DNA of 64,000 bases from a virus (taxonomy: Duplodnaviria; Caudoviricetes), in IMG/VR virus record IMGVR_UViG_3300030388_001525, positions 1,377 to 65,376 of that record; one strand, written 5' to 3'. This document shows positions 8,712 through 17,599 of the stretch, piece by piece; position 1 is the first letter of the stretch, and each line of letters opens with the position of its first letter. A program made the translations under genes and the position numbers. The notes under the pieces were generated by a model. The model was given only the letters and a program-made list of their open reading frames with translations, was not told the DNA's origin and ran no database searches.

Positions 8712-10337
8712 TTATTCTTCGTTAGCTCTTCTATGTGTTATTATTGCATTTGTACTTAAAATAGTAGTAGCTACTGATACTGCATTAGTAAAGGCATGCT
8801 TTGTAACTTTCAGAGGATCTATCACCCCCATTTTAAACATGTCTCCATAAACTTCATTCTTAACGTCGTAACCTACATTATTAATTCCATCTATTTTATA
8901 AATCTCTAATTTTTCATCACTCATAACTTCGTCTGGATTCATTCCAGCATTTATTAATATTTGTTCTAAAGGAGCTTTTAACGCTTTAGATAAAATTAAT
9001 GATGCAACAAGTTCATTATGTAAATCAGAATAATCATATGGTTTTTTTAAACTATCATGTAAAGTCCATAAGGCTAATCCTCCTCCTGCAACAATTCCTT
9101 CTTGTAAAGCACTGCGCACAGCGCATACCGAGTCATCGACTCGGTCAAATTTTTCTTTTTGTTCTACATCTGAGTTACCACCAACGTATATGCAACCTAT
9201 TCCTCCCGCTAAACTTGCTATACGTTCATTGATAAAAACTCGAGATGCTGTGTCTTTAGTATTTTTTTGCTGAACCTTTAACTCTTCTATTCTTTTTTGT
9301 ATCTCATCAGAAATATCTGTCTCTTTTATAATAACAGTTTCGCTTTGCCCAACAATAATCTTGTCTGCTTTTCCTAAATCTTTAGGAGTTATTAAACTTA
9401 AGTCATCTCCAGTCTTTTCAGAATAGTATTTAGCACCAACTGCAAGAGCTATGTCTTGCATTAACTCGTGCTGCTTGTATCCAAACTGTGGTGGTAAAAT
9501 ATTACAGAACTTTAAACCATTACGAACAACATTAGCAGCCAGGGTATTTATTACATTGGTTGTACATGTTCCGATAATTAAAAGCTTCTCATTATTATTA
9601 ATGACATTTTTTAATACGTTCTCTAATTGTAAGATATTACTAATCTCACTATCACATACTAATATCTTTACATCTTCAAGAATACATTCATCCTTCTTTT
9701 GATTATTAATAAATAGATTAGAAGTATACCCTCTGTTTATTTTTATACCGTTTGTAACCTCTGCATAGGTATCCGAAGATTGCGAACGCTCAACTGTAAC
9801 AACTCCATCTTTACCTACCTTATTGTAAGCATCAGTTATAATTTTTCCTATTGTCTTGTCGTTGTTAGCAGATATTGTTGCTACATCCAACAGCTTTTTT
9901 TTAGAAATTTTTTGTGAGTTTACTTTTAAATCTTTTAATATACTTTCTTTAAGTGTATTGATGTGTCTAATTACCTCAGTAATATTATGCGTATCCTTTA
10001 ACAACTCTTGACCTGCATTAACTATAGCCTCCGTCAAAACAATAGCTGTAGTTGTACCATCACCAGCTGAGTTAGCCGTTCTATTAGCAGCATCCTTCAT
10101 CATTTGAATTGCTAAATTTTCTACAGGGTCGTTTAACTCTATTGACCTTGCAACAGTAACTCCGTCTTTTGTTATAGTAATACTATTTGTATGTTGAGGT
10201 GATTCTATTAAAACTGTTTTACCTCGCGGGCCAAGTGTACTTTTGACTGCTTTAGAAATTGTAGTTATTCCTTTAATTAACTTTTGTCTTCCATGATCAT
10301 CGAAGCAGATGTCTTTTGGAATGTATCCTGAACTCAT
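8712..10337 (-). CDS. groEL: Chaperonin GroEL (Cpn60)
   Basis: TLGPRG, TKDGVTVA, GDGTTT, EGIVAGGG and GVIDPLKV motifs; 541 aa; lacks the GGM tail. Confidence 0.97.
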   Translation of the reverse strand: MSSGYIPKDICFDDHGRQKLIKGITTISKAVKSTLGPRGKTVLIESPQHTNSITITKDGVTVARSIELNDPVENLAIQMMKDAANRTANSAGDGTTTAIVLTEAIVNAGQELLKDTHNITEVIRHINTLKESILKDLKVNSQKISKKKLLDVATISANNDKTIGKIITDAYNKVGKDGVVTVERSQSSDTYAEVTNGIKINRGYTSNLFINNQKKDECILEDVKILVCDSEISNILQLENVLKNVINNNEKLLIIGTCTTNVINTLAANVVRNGLKFCNILPPQFGYKQHELMQDIALAVGAKYYSEKTGDDLSLITPKDLGKADKIIVGQSETVIIKETDISDEIQKRIEELKVQQKNTKDTASRVFINERIASLAGGIGCIYVGGNSDVEQKEKFDRVDDSVCAVRSALQEGIVAGGGLALWTLHDSLKKPYDYSDLHNELVASLILSKALKAPLEQILINAGMNPDEVMSDEKLEIYKIDGINNVGYDVKNEVYGDMFKMGVIDPLKVTKHAFTNAVSVATTILSTNAIITHRRANEE

Positions 10338-10362
10338 AGTAAATTTGATTTAATTATTTAAA

Positions 10363-10370
10363 CAAATATA
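10363..10370 (-). promoter_or_regulatory. -7 promoter element TATATTTG for groEL
   Basis: About 26 nt upstream of the groEL ATG. Confidence 0.6.
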
Positions 10371-10389
10371 CAATTTATATTTCAACTTA

Positions 10390-10580
10390 CATATGTTAGA
10401 ATGTTGTTTTATTTGTTCTACTATACTACTATATAGTTTTATACTACTATACTATTCTTTTATTATTATAATAATACTTTATAATTAACATTAATATTAA
10501 TATATATTAATAAATAACTATAAATCAAATAGTTATAAAAAATTAAATTAACATTAAATCAACACATTAATAACATTAAG
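10390..10580. repeat. AT-rich element with AACAT repeats, copy 1 (origin-like)
   Basis: Shares ordered motifs and an identical 26-mer (10539-10564) with 20748-20925. Confidence 0.6.
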
Positions 10581-10582
10581 AT

Positions 10583-10613
10583 AAAAAAAATAGGACTCCT
10601 TTAGGAATCCTAC
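10583..10613 (-). terminator. Intrinsic terminator
   Basis: Minus strand reads TAGGATTCC-TAAA-GGAGTCCTA followed by a T run. Confidence 0.75.
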
Positions 10614-10643
10614 TTCAATCAATAATCAAAACAAAAGAAATTT

Positions 10644-10883
10644 TTAATATTCAAATATATTTCTATCTCCACTCATACGCATCTTAGCTCTTTCAATACC
10701 GTCTGCTATACAATCGATCTTATATTGTTTTTTCATTTGCTGTCTATACATAGCAGCTTCTTCTAATCCTGAAATACCATCTGGTCTACTATTAATTAAT
10801 CTACCGTCTTTTACGTAAAGTCCATTTACATAGTCACTTGTTGTACTACTTGGGGAAACTCTTTTACCGTCTTTATATGCCAT
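10644..10883 (-). CDS. Hypothetical protein, 79 aa
   Basis: Flanked by a TATCTTTA motif (10900-10907) and a terminator. Confidence 0.7.
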   Translation of the reverse strand: MAYKDGKRVSPSSTTSDYVNGLYVKDGRLINSRPDGISGLEEAAMYRQQMKKQYKIDCIADGIERAKMRMSGDRNIFEY

Positions 10884-11381
10884 GATGTTTTATTTTTCGT
10901 AAAGATAATAAAAAAATTTTAGATACACCGAGCATGAGGGCTATAGTGGTTTATACGTGTGCTACCCCCCTCAAAGAAAACGATATTCTGTACAGATGTA
11001 AAGTAATACTTTGATTTTTTTCTGCAATGTTTTACCTTTTTTATTTGAGCAGCCTCAGCCTCATTAGGCCACGCCTCATAGCCCTCCTCGTTATCCCTCG
11101 TTATGTTGTGCCTTAGTATGACTACTGATAGCACACACCTTCCCCTTCCCCTCTACCCCTATCAACTATCAAGAGTATAGTAGGGAGGCAGAGCCTTCCC
11201 TTAGTACCATCACGACATAGGATACACATAAACAATTCATAGGGAAATCCAGTTGAGTACAAATCGCGTAAGTAACTGAAATCCAGAATGTTAGCAGTCG
11301 ATATTTTACTGCTCTAAAACATTGTACTAAAAATAGTTTCCAAATAATGTATATATATACTACTAATGGGTAAATTATAAT

Positions 11382-11416
11382 TATATTTACAATAGTTATG
11401 CACAGCGTGTGCATAT
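11382..11416 (+). promoter_or_regulatory. Putative early promoter TATATTTA plus inverted repeat TTATGCACA-GCG-TGTGCATAT
   Basis: Immediately upstream of the first + strand gene. Confidence 0.45.
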
Positions 11417-11444
11417 TTAACTAACAAAACTAAGACCAATTATT

Positions 11445-11654
11445 ATGCAAACAAATGACAACGCCTACCTTGAACTACTGAAAGGATTACCTTTCATCAA
11501 GCAGTCTCAATCAGAGGGACTAATCAAGTCAACAACAGAGTTAATCTTGATAGATAACTTTACTGATATACCAACAATAAAATGCCCATCTGAAGTTCAG
11601 AATCAACTACGTTTCGTAGGATTCAAAGGAATAACAGATTACATATTTAACTAA
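11445..11654 (+). CDS. Early hypothetical protein
   Basis: 69-aa ORF with an A-rich leader. Confidence 0.7.
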   Translation: MQTNDNAYLELLKGLPFIKQSQSEGLIKSTTELILIDNFTDIPTIKCPSEVQNQLRFVGFKGITDYIFN

Positions 11655-11684
11655 ACCTAATACAACAACTAAAAATTCAAAAAA

Positions 11685-11915
11685 ATGATATTAATAAAAC
11701 AAAACCCTAACTCAGTACTATTACAATTAACGAAAAGACAACTGAATATAATAGCCCAAAACTTAGATATGGTAATGAATCACGACTTGCAATATATGGA
11801 TGAAAAAGAACATAATAAGTTAGCAATTCACGAAGACTGTGTCGCTATATTATCAGAATTACAGAGCATAGGAATATGGGGAGAGTATCCAAAATCAAAT
11901 AATAACAAAAACTAA
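11685..11915 (+). CDS. Early hypothetical protein
   Basis: 76-aa ORF in a packed array. Confidence 0.7.
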   Translation: MILIKQNPNSVLLQLTKRQLNIIAQNLDMVMNHDLQYMDEKEHNKLAIHEDCVAILSELQSIGIWGEYPKSNNNKN

Positions 11916-11928
11916 AACCAAAACAATT

Positions 11929-12450
11929 ATGAAATTATCTACAAGACAAATACTAAAATTAGACTTATTTATGAATTCTAATCCATCACAAGAAGATGTC
12001 GAGCAATACTATATTAATAATATAATGCCCTATGACTCTAAGCATTCAATTGCTGAAATCTTAGAGTTAGCTAAAGACAGTGCAATGAAAGACTATAATA
12101 GTGAAGCACTTTATAACCATCCTCTATATAATGTTGAGAACAAAGCATCTAATCCAACCCTTGACAATCCAATTTTTGATGGTGCTACCCAAAACATCTT
12201 AAACTTTAACTTTAGTGATGCAATTAATAAATGGGTTATGTTCTCTTATAATTATAACATAGGCTCAGATGGTAAACCTACATTCTTTGAGGCATTTGGA
12301 GGCTCATTAAGAAATCATTTATACACCAAATGGAGTGGTTACTATAAGACAGAAGGAAGTGGTGGAGTAATGAATAGATTTTGGGCTGAATTAAGTTCAA
12401 ATAATCAAGAAGTATTAGCTGATTGGATTAATAATAACTATAACCTATAA
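11929..12450 (+). CDS. Early hypothetical protein
   Basis: 173-aa ORF. Confidence 0.8.
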   Translation: MKLSTRQILKLDLFMNSNPSQEDVEQYYINNIMPYDSKHSIAEILELAKDSAMKDYNSEALYNHPLYNVENKASNPTLDNPIFDGATQNILNFNFSDAINKWVMFSYNYNIGSDGKPTFFEAFGGSLRNHLYTKWSGYYKTEGSGGVMNRFWAELSSNNQEVLADWINNNYNL

Positions 12451-12463
12451 AACATACACAATT

Positions 12464-12673
12464 ATGAATAATAAAAACTATAAATTCCAACTTTCAGATA
12501 ATAATATCTGTGAAGTTTATTACGATGAAATTAATGATGAGGGAGACCATTTTACACCACCTTATTACTCCATAGAGATAAATAAAATCACTTTAAATGG
12601 TGATGATGTAACGGACAGAATGGAGACATTTTACGATGAGATAGTAAGTTGCATAAACGAAAACAATAACTAA
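12464..12673 (+). CDS. Acidic early hypothetical protein
   Basis: 69 aa, D/E-rich. Confidence 0.7.
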   Translation: MNNKNYKFQLSDNNICEVYYDEINDEGDHFTPPYYSIEINKITLNGDDVTDRMETFYDEIVSCINENNN

Positions 12674-12686
12674 TAAATTAAATAAT

Positions 12687-13172
12687 ATGAAACTAATAAC
12701 AAAAACAGAATTTTTAAGCCGAGTTAAAGTGGTAAACTATAAGCAATCAAGAGGACACGATGCCCCATCATATGAATGGGATATCAAGTTCGACAACAAG
12801 AAAGTATGCAATTGTTGGGATGACTCTTATGGTGGTGAACTAAATGTAACCAACTACGACAATCATTCAATAGAAGAGATATATAAGACAATTGAGCCTA
12901 AGTCATTGTGGGATGAAGAATACCAATGGACAACATCTCTTGAACTTTTAATGTCAGATTGTGCTACCATACACATAAATCAATTAGAAGAAAAGAAAGG
13001 AGTTCTTGTTGGAACTAAGAGCAAATATATGATTCATGGATACAATAAATCAATACCATTTTTAATCAAAAGAGGTAATGCATATTGGATACAAGAAATC
13101 ATAAATGGAATATCGGACAAATCCACGATACTAAATAAGGATTATTTACTTAACTTAAAATTCACTATATAA
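12687..13172 (+). CDS. Early hypothetical protein
   Basis: 161-aa ORF. Confidence 0.8.
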   Translation: MKLITKTEFLSRVKVVNYKQSRGHDAPSYEWDIKFDNKKVCNCWDDSYGGELNVTNYDNHSIEEIYKTIEPKSLWDEEYQWTTSLELLMSDCATIHINQLEEKKGVLVGTKSKYMIHGYNKSIPFLIKRGNAYWIQEIINGISDKSTILNKDYLLNLKFTI

Positions 13173-13408
13173 TGAGAGATAATAATGTATTAAACCTAAC
13201 ACCAAGTAAAATAAAAACTTGTGTGGACAAGCACATCGGAAATCAATTAGATTTTGCTTTTAATGACATCGCAAAAGAGTTAAATTTAGATTACATAGAC
13301 CAATTTGACTTTCAACAAATCGAGCAAGTAAAGAACCTTAAAGCAAAGGTACTTTTAGAGATTCTAAGCCATTGTCATAGAGTATACAATCTCCGTAAGA
13401 GATTCTAA
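13172..13408 (+). CDS. Early hypothetical protein
   Basis: 78 aa, translationally coupled. Confidence 0.7.
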   Translation: MRDNNVLNLTPSKIKTCVDKHIGNQLDFAFNDIAKELNLDYIDQFDFQQIEQVKNLKAKVLLEILSHCHRVYNLRKRF

Positions 13409-13415
13409 CTAACCT

Positions 13416-13478
13416 CCACCTATAATAGCCTTGCATAGAAATATGCGAGGTTTTGGTGGTAAAGGGCAATAGTGCCTT
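13416..13478 (+). promoter_or_regulatory. Structured leader element, copy 1
   Basis: CCACC...[CCTTGCATA-GAAA-TATGCGAGG]TTTT-GGTGG, then GGCA-ATAG-TGCC. Confidence 0.6.
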
Positions 13479-13495
13479 AACATAAAACAAACAAA

Positions 13496-14272
13496 ATGAA
13501 AGTATTAGAATTATTTAGTGGCTCACGTAGTATCGGCAAAGTAGCTGATGCACGTGGCCATCAAGTATTCTCGGTAGACAACGTAGCGTATCCAAATACA
13601 AATTGGGTTGGAGACATATTAGATTGGGACTACAGACTAAACGAGATGCAATCAAGAACATTAAAAGAACTATACATACCCGATGTAATATGGGCATCAC
13701 CACCTTGTACAGATTTCTCAGTAGCTTGTATAGGAAAGAAATGGATTAGTGGCCACGAGTATAAACCAAAGAACGCAGATTTACTTGGAATTCAAATCCT
13801 AAACAAAACTATTAGGATAATTCAGTTTTACTTAGAAAAAAATCCTAACCTTATATGGTACATAGAAAATCCAAGAGGAAAAATGAGAAAATCTCCTATC
13901 TTTTCTAAAATTGATCACCGAAGAGAAACGATAACTTATTGTCAATATACAAGTGGAGATGAATTACCACGTATGAAGCCTACAGACATATGGACTAACG
14001 ACTTTGGATGGACTCCAAGAGTGATGTGTAAAAATGGTGACCCTTGTCACGTATCTGCTCCAAGAGGAAGTCAAAGTGGAACTCAAGGTCTTAAGGGCAA
14101 TCACGAAAGGAGCAAGATACCAACTGACTTATGCAAAGTTATTATAGAGTCGGCTGAGGAAGAACAAGGACTTAATTCTAACTATCCACAAGAATATACT
14201 TGTTGTGGTGATGAGGTTGTAGATTGGGTAGAGGATTACAGAGTATGCCCAACTTGCAAAGAACATATATAA
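13496..14272 (+). CDS. DNA cytosine-C5 methyltransferase-like protein with a C-terminal Cys cluster
   Basis: ELFSGS (motif I), ASPPC (motif IV), ENP (motif VI); tail CC...CPTC. Confidence 0.85.
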   Translation: MKVLELFSGSRSIGKVADARGHQVFSVDNVAYPNTNWVGDILDWDYRLNEMQSRTLKELYIPDVIWASPPCTDFSVACIGKKWISGHEYKPKNADLLGIQILNKTIRIIQFYLEKNPNLIWYIENPRGKMRKSPIFSKIDHRRETITYCQYTSGDELPRMKPTDIWTNDFGWTPRVMCKNGDPCHVSAPRGSQSGTQGLKGNHERSKIPTDLCKVIIESAEEEQGLNSNYPQEYTCCGDEVVDWVEDYRVCPTCKEHI

Positions 14273-14301
14273 ATAATAACTAACTTAAAACAAATATAAT
14301 T

Positions 14302-14553
14302 ATGAACAAATTAACAAATCTCTATAACAAATTTAGACACAACCTTGATGCTTATGACAATTGCGTTATTAATAAAGAATACTTTATTAATAATATGACA
14401 AAGGTCATAGAAGATTTCGAGCCGAATAAAGAAAATGCTGACATAATAGCTAATAAAGTTGTGCAAGAACTATGTGATGTAGGATTAGTAAACTCAGATA
14501 ATATAAGTGAGATTACAAATATGATTACAAACAAATTAAATGAAACACTATGA
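14302..14553 (+). CDS. Hypothetical protein
   Basis: 83-aa ORF. Confidence 0.7.
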   Translation: MNKLTNLYNKFRHNLDAYDNCVINKEYFINNMTKVIEDFEPNKENADIIANKVVQELCDVGLVNSDNISEITNMITNKLNETL

Positions 14554-14729
14554 ATTATATAATAGAATTACGAGAGTATACAGATAGTGGTGATTACATT
14601 TCAAACGATTACGAGTTTGAGACTAAAACTGAGGCAATGAAATTTGCACGTGAAAACCGAAATGAAGTTTTTAAAATCTTAGAATATGAAGATGGTAAGG
14701 ACTATAACCCTAAAGAATTAAGCTTATGA
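14550..14729 (+). CDS. Acidic hypothetical protein, 59 aa
   Basis: Read by hand (MNYIIELREYTDSGD...); ATGA overlaps at both ends. Confidence 0.7.
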   Translation: MNYIIELREYTDSGDYISNDYEFETKTEAMKFARENRNEVFKILEYEDGKDYNPKELSL

Positions 14730-14863
14730 TGACTAAAGAACAAATGGATTCAGATGATGCATTACTGATTTGGATACAACGCTTGAAACAAGCATTAAAG
14801 AGTGGAGATGTAATGTATGCAATGGAGTGTGATAAAATGATATATAAACTTAAAAATAAATAA
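14726..14863 (+). CDS. Hypothetical protein, 45 aa
   Basis: Read by hand (MMTKEQMDSDDALLIW...). Confidence 0.6.
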   Translation: MMTKEQMDSDDALLIWIQRLKQALKSGDVMYAMECDKMIYKLKNK

Positions 14864-14864
14864 A

Positions 14865-15113
14865 ATGAAAGATTTAAATAAATTCGAAGCAGAACAACTA
14901 CTGCACTTAGCACAAAAAATAGTTGATTATGGATACATTAATGAATACGAACACTATTGGGAAACGATAGAAGATGTTGGTAAGACAAATGAGATGGGAG
15001 GAATGAAAAATACTGAAGATTGGTTAGACCAAGATAAGTTAAACAAAAGCAATCATATCTTTAAATATTTTTATGCATTAGACAAGTTTATTAATAATCT
15101 AAATTCAAAATAG
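14865..15113 (+). CDS. Hypothetical protein
   Basis: 82-aa ORF. Confidence 0.7.
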   Translation: MKDLNKFEAEQLLHLAQKIVDYGYINEYEHYWETIEDVGKTNEMGGMKNTEDWLDQDKLNKSNHIFKYFYALDKFINNLNSK

Positions 15114-15115
15114 TT

Positions 15116-15229
15116 ATGAAAGATTTATGGAAATACTTTATAAAATATCCAATTTTATTTTTATTTGATTTGTTGATATTGTTAACGATTGTTGTGTTTT
15201 TCTACATATTAATATGGATAGTTTATTGA
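15116..15229 (+). CDS. Single-TM micropeptide, 37 aa
   Basis: Read by hand: MKDLWKYFIKYPILFLFDLLILLTIVVFFYILIWIVY. Confidence 0.55.
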   Translation: MKDLWKYFIKYPILFLFDLLILLTIVVFFYILIWIVY

Positions 15230-15252
15230 ACAAGTTTTGAACGAGATCTCGA

Positions 15253-15310
15253 CACCTTATGCCCCACTATTAATCGTAGTGGGGTTTTGAGGTGCAAGGC
15301 AATAATGCCC
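15253..15310 (+). promoter_or_regulatory. Structured leader element, copy 2
   Basis: CACCT...[GCCCCACTAT-TAATC-GTAGTGGGGT]TTTG-AGGTG, then GGCA-ATAA-TGCC. Confidence 0.6.
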
Positions 15311-15330
15311 TAATTTAACAACAAACAACA

Positions 15331-15624
15331 ATGAAATTAAATAAACTTTTTATGGACAATAGTCGATTTATAGAGATGATTGATATATTTACCACAAACA
15401 CAATTAAAGAAAAATTCAATAACAACGTATATAATGAGTTTGGAGATATGTATGAAGATGTCCAAGATGCTTATAACGAGTTATATGATGAGAATGAAGT
15501 ACAAGCTAATATACTTGGGTTATATTCTGATAACGATAAAGTTTTTTACACTGACGATCCTACAAAACAAGCAATTTTATCTCAACAAGAGGTAAACAGA
15601 AAACTTTCAAATAAAAAACAATGA
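15331..15624 (+). CDS. Acidic hypothetical protein
   Basis: 97-aa ORF. Confidence 0.7.
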   Translation: MKLNKLFMDNSRFIEMIDIFTTNTIKEKFNNNVYNEFGDMYEDVQDAYNELYDENEVQANILGLYSDNDKVFYTDDPTKQAILSQQEVNRKLSNKKQ

Positions 15625-16271
15625 AAAAAATACTTATAGCTTGTGAAGAATCACAAACGATTGCAAAAAAATTCAGAGAGAAAGGTTATGAAGCTTATTC
15701 TTGTGACTTGGAGAATTGTAGTGGTGGAAAACCTCAGTATCATATTAAAGGTGATGCACTAAAAGAGGCCTATAGTGGAAAATATCATTTAATGATTGCA
15801 CATCCTCCTTGCACATACTTAGCAGTAAGTGGTGCAAGATGGATGTATAATAAGGATGGTAGTATAAACAAACAACGCAAAGAAAACCAAGAAGAGGCTT
15901 TAAAGTTTGTTCAGAAACTATTAGATGCACCAATCAAACACATTGCTTTGGAAAATCCAATTAGTGTAATATCTACCCAGATTAGAAAGCCAAATCAAAT
16001 AGTACAACCATATTTCTTTGGAGACAAAGCATCCAAATCAACTTGCTTGTGGTTAAAAAACTTACCATTACTTGTTCCTACTAATATAGTAAGTAAAGGA
16101 GAGTTTTTTGAATGGGTGGATAAAAATGGGAAAAAGAAAAGACAAGCCCAATGGTATATGGATGCGTTGGCTAAAGCTAAGAGTCCAGAAGAGAGAAGAA
16201 CTTTGAGAAGTAAGACTTTTGATGGAATGGCTGAAGCTATGGTAGAGCAGTGGAAGTTCATATTAAGCTAA
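15621..16271 (+). CDS. Second, short phage-type C5 cytosine methyltransferase-like protein
   Basis: LIACEES, AHPPCTYL, ENP, K.TCLWL and RS.TF.GMA.AM..QW motifs. Confidence 0.8.
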   Translation: MKKILIACEESQTIAKKFREKGYEAYSCDLENCSGGKPQYHIKGDALKEAYSGKYHLMIAHPPCTYLAVSGARWMYNKDGSINKQRKENQEEALKFVQKLLDAPIKHIALENPISVISTQIRKPNQIVQPYFFGDKASKSTCLWLKNLPLLVPTNIVSKGEFFEWVDKNGKKKRQAQWYMDALAKAKSPEERRTLRSKTFDGMAEAMVEQWKFILS

Positions 16272-16400
16272 AAACGGAGATACCCAAGTATCAAGTGATA
16301 GGAGAAAGTCTCTTAGAACGCGTTTATGAAGGCCGTTTTTTAAAAAAATCAATAAAATGAAAGAATAACAACGCAAAGTTAGTTATAAGGATAATTTAAC

Positions 16401-16408
16401 TATATTTG
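16401..16408 (+). promoter_or_regulatory. -7 promoter element TATATTTG
   Basis: Intergenic, upstream of leader copy 3. Confidence 0.55.
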
Positions 16409-16451
16409 AATAAGTTTTGAATAAGTAATTGTTTGTTAGTTTTGTTACTCA

Positions 16452-16492
16452 TCACCCCACTATGTTTTGATCGTAGTGGGGTTTTGGGGTGA
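16452..16492 (+). promoter_or_regulatory. Structured leader element, copy 3
   Basis: TCACCCCACTAT-GTTTTGATC-GTAGTGGGGT-TTTGGGGTGA. Confidence 0.6.
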
Positions 16493-16525
16493 AAATCAAA
16501 TTTTATATTAATTTAAATCAAAACT

Positions 16526-17398
16526 ATGCCTAATCACGTACGTTGTTACATTACAACAACAAAACAAAATGTAATCAAGATTAAAGAGTTAATTAAAGAC
16601 AAAGAAAATGGTCTTGCTGAAGCTTTAGTCCCAATGCCCCAAGAAATTAGAAACACAGATAAATCTTTTCCCAAAGAATTTGGTAAAAAACTTAACAACG
16701 ATAGTGCTAAGTTAATCGATAAATATCGCTTTGACAATTGGTATGATTGGTCAGTCCAGAATTGGGGAACTAAGTGGGGATGTTATGAAAATGAAATTGA
16801 AGACAAGTATTATTCTTTCACAACTGCTTGGTCACCATTAGATGAAGATATCATTGAAAAATTAGCCAAAATAATTCCTAACTTTAGCTATATGTATGAA
16901 GAAGAAACGGGATGGGGTGGAGCAATGACATTTGAAAATGGGGTTTGTATACATCGAATGGAATATGACTCCCCACAATTTGATGAAGAAGTGTACTTAC
17001 TTATTAATAAGGATGGCTATGTAATAAAATACGAGGATTTAGGTCAATCTTGGGTTCAGATAGATGAAGAGTTGATATGGGTAGGATTAGCAGAACTTTC
17101 TTATCTTAAAGAAGAACATACAACCGATGAAGGTACGTTTAAGGTAGGATACTACCACGCTTATTCATTACAAGAGTTTGCTGGGGATACATTAGAAAGT
17201 TCTATAATAGACATTTGCAAGAATAGTAAAAAGCTACCAGATTATAAATCATTTTATAATAGTGGAATTCCAAAAGATACACCTAAAACTGAGCCATTTG
17301 AATTTCAATGGAATAGTGGAGAAGGTAGTGAAGACCATAACATTAAAACTATATCGACAAAGATAGAAGTAGAACGAAACCCTATAATATGGGGATAG
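16526..17398 (+). CDS. DUF1281/YubB-like ferredoxin-fold protein
   Basis: MPNH start, NWYDW...NWGTKW and F.TAWSP signatures. Confidence 0.75.
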   Translation: MPNHVRCYITTTKQNVIKIKELIKDKENGLAEALVPMPQEIRNTDKSFPKEFGKKLNNDSAKLIDKYRFDNWYDWSVQNWGTKWGCYENEIEDKYYSFTTAWSPLDEDIIEKLAKIIPNFSYMYEEETGWGGAMTFENGVCIHRMEYDSPQFDEEVYLLINKDGYVIKYEDLGQSWVQIDEELIWVGLAELSYLKEEHTTDEGTFKVGYYHAYSLQEFAGDTLESSIIDICKNSKKLPDYKSFYNSGIPKDTPKTEPFEFQWNSGEGSEDHNIKTISTKIEVERNPIIWG

Positions 17399-17580
17399 TA
17401 TTAACCATTAAAAACTCACCAATGAACGAATTAGAACATATGATTTTAAATGAAAAGCTTAAAGAAAAACCAAACTACGACTACATACGTTGGTTACAAC
17501 AATTAAGTTTGGATTGTTTAAAAGAAATAGGAAAACCCTTTCCTAAATACTCTAATAATAATTTTGTTATACCAAAGTAA
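17389..17580 (+). CDS. Hypothetical protein (UVR-like short helical; start uncertain)
   Basis: ORF track. Confidence 0.5.
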   Translation: MGIVLTIKNSPMNELEHMILNEKLKEKPNYDYIRWLQQLSLDCLKEIGKPFPKYSNNNFVIPK

Positions 17581-17599
17581 TACCTTATTTTTGCTATGG

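Noticed and set aside
10390-10580. CRISPR-like or simple tandem array
   Set aside because: No constant repeat-spacer period; treated as an origin-like element instead.
10919-11414. Minus-strand ORFs of 71 and 81 aa
   Set aside because: Atypical composition, lie in the divergent control region, and have no typical leader.
11445-13408. Restriction-site avoidance in first-injected DNA
   Set aside because: Palindromes such as GAATTC and GATATC are present; a k-mer count is needed and cannot be done by eye.
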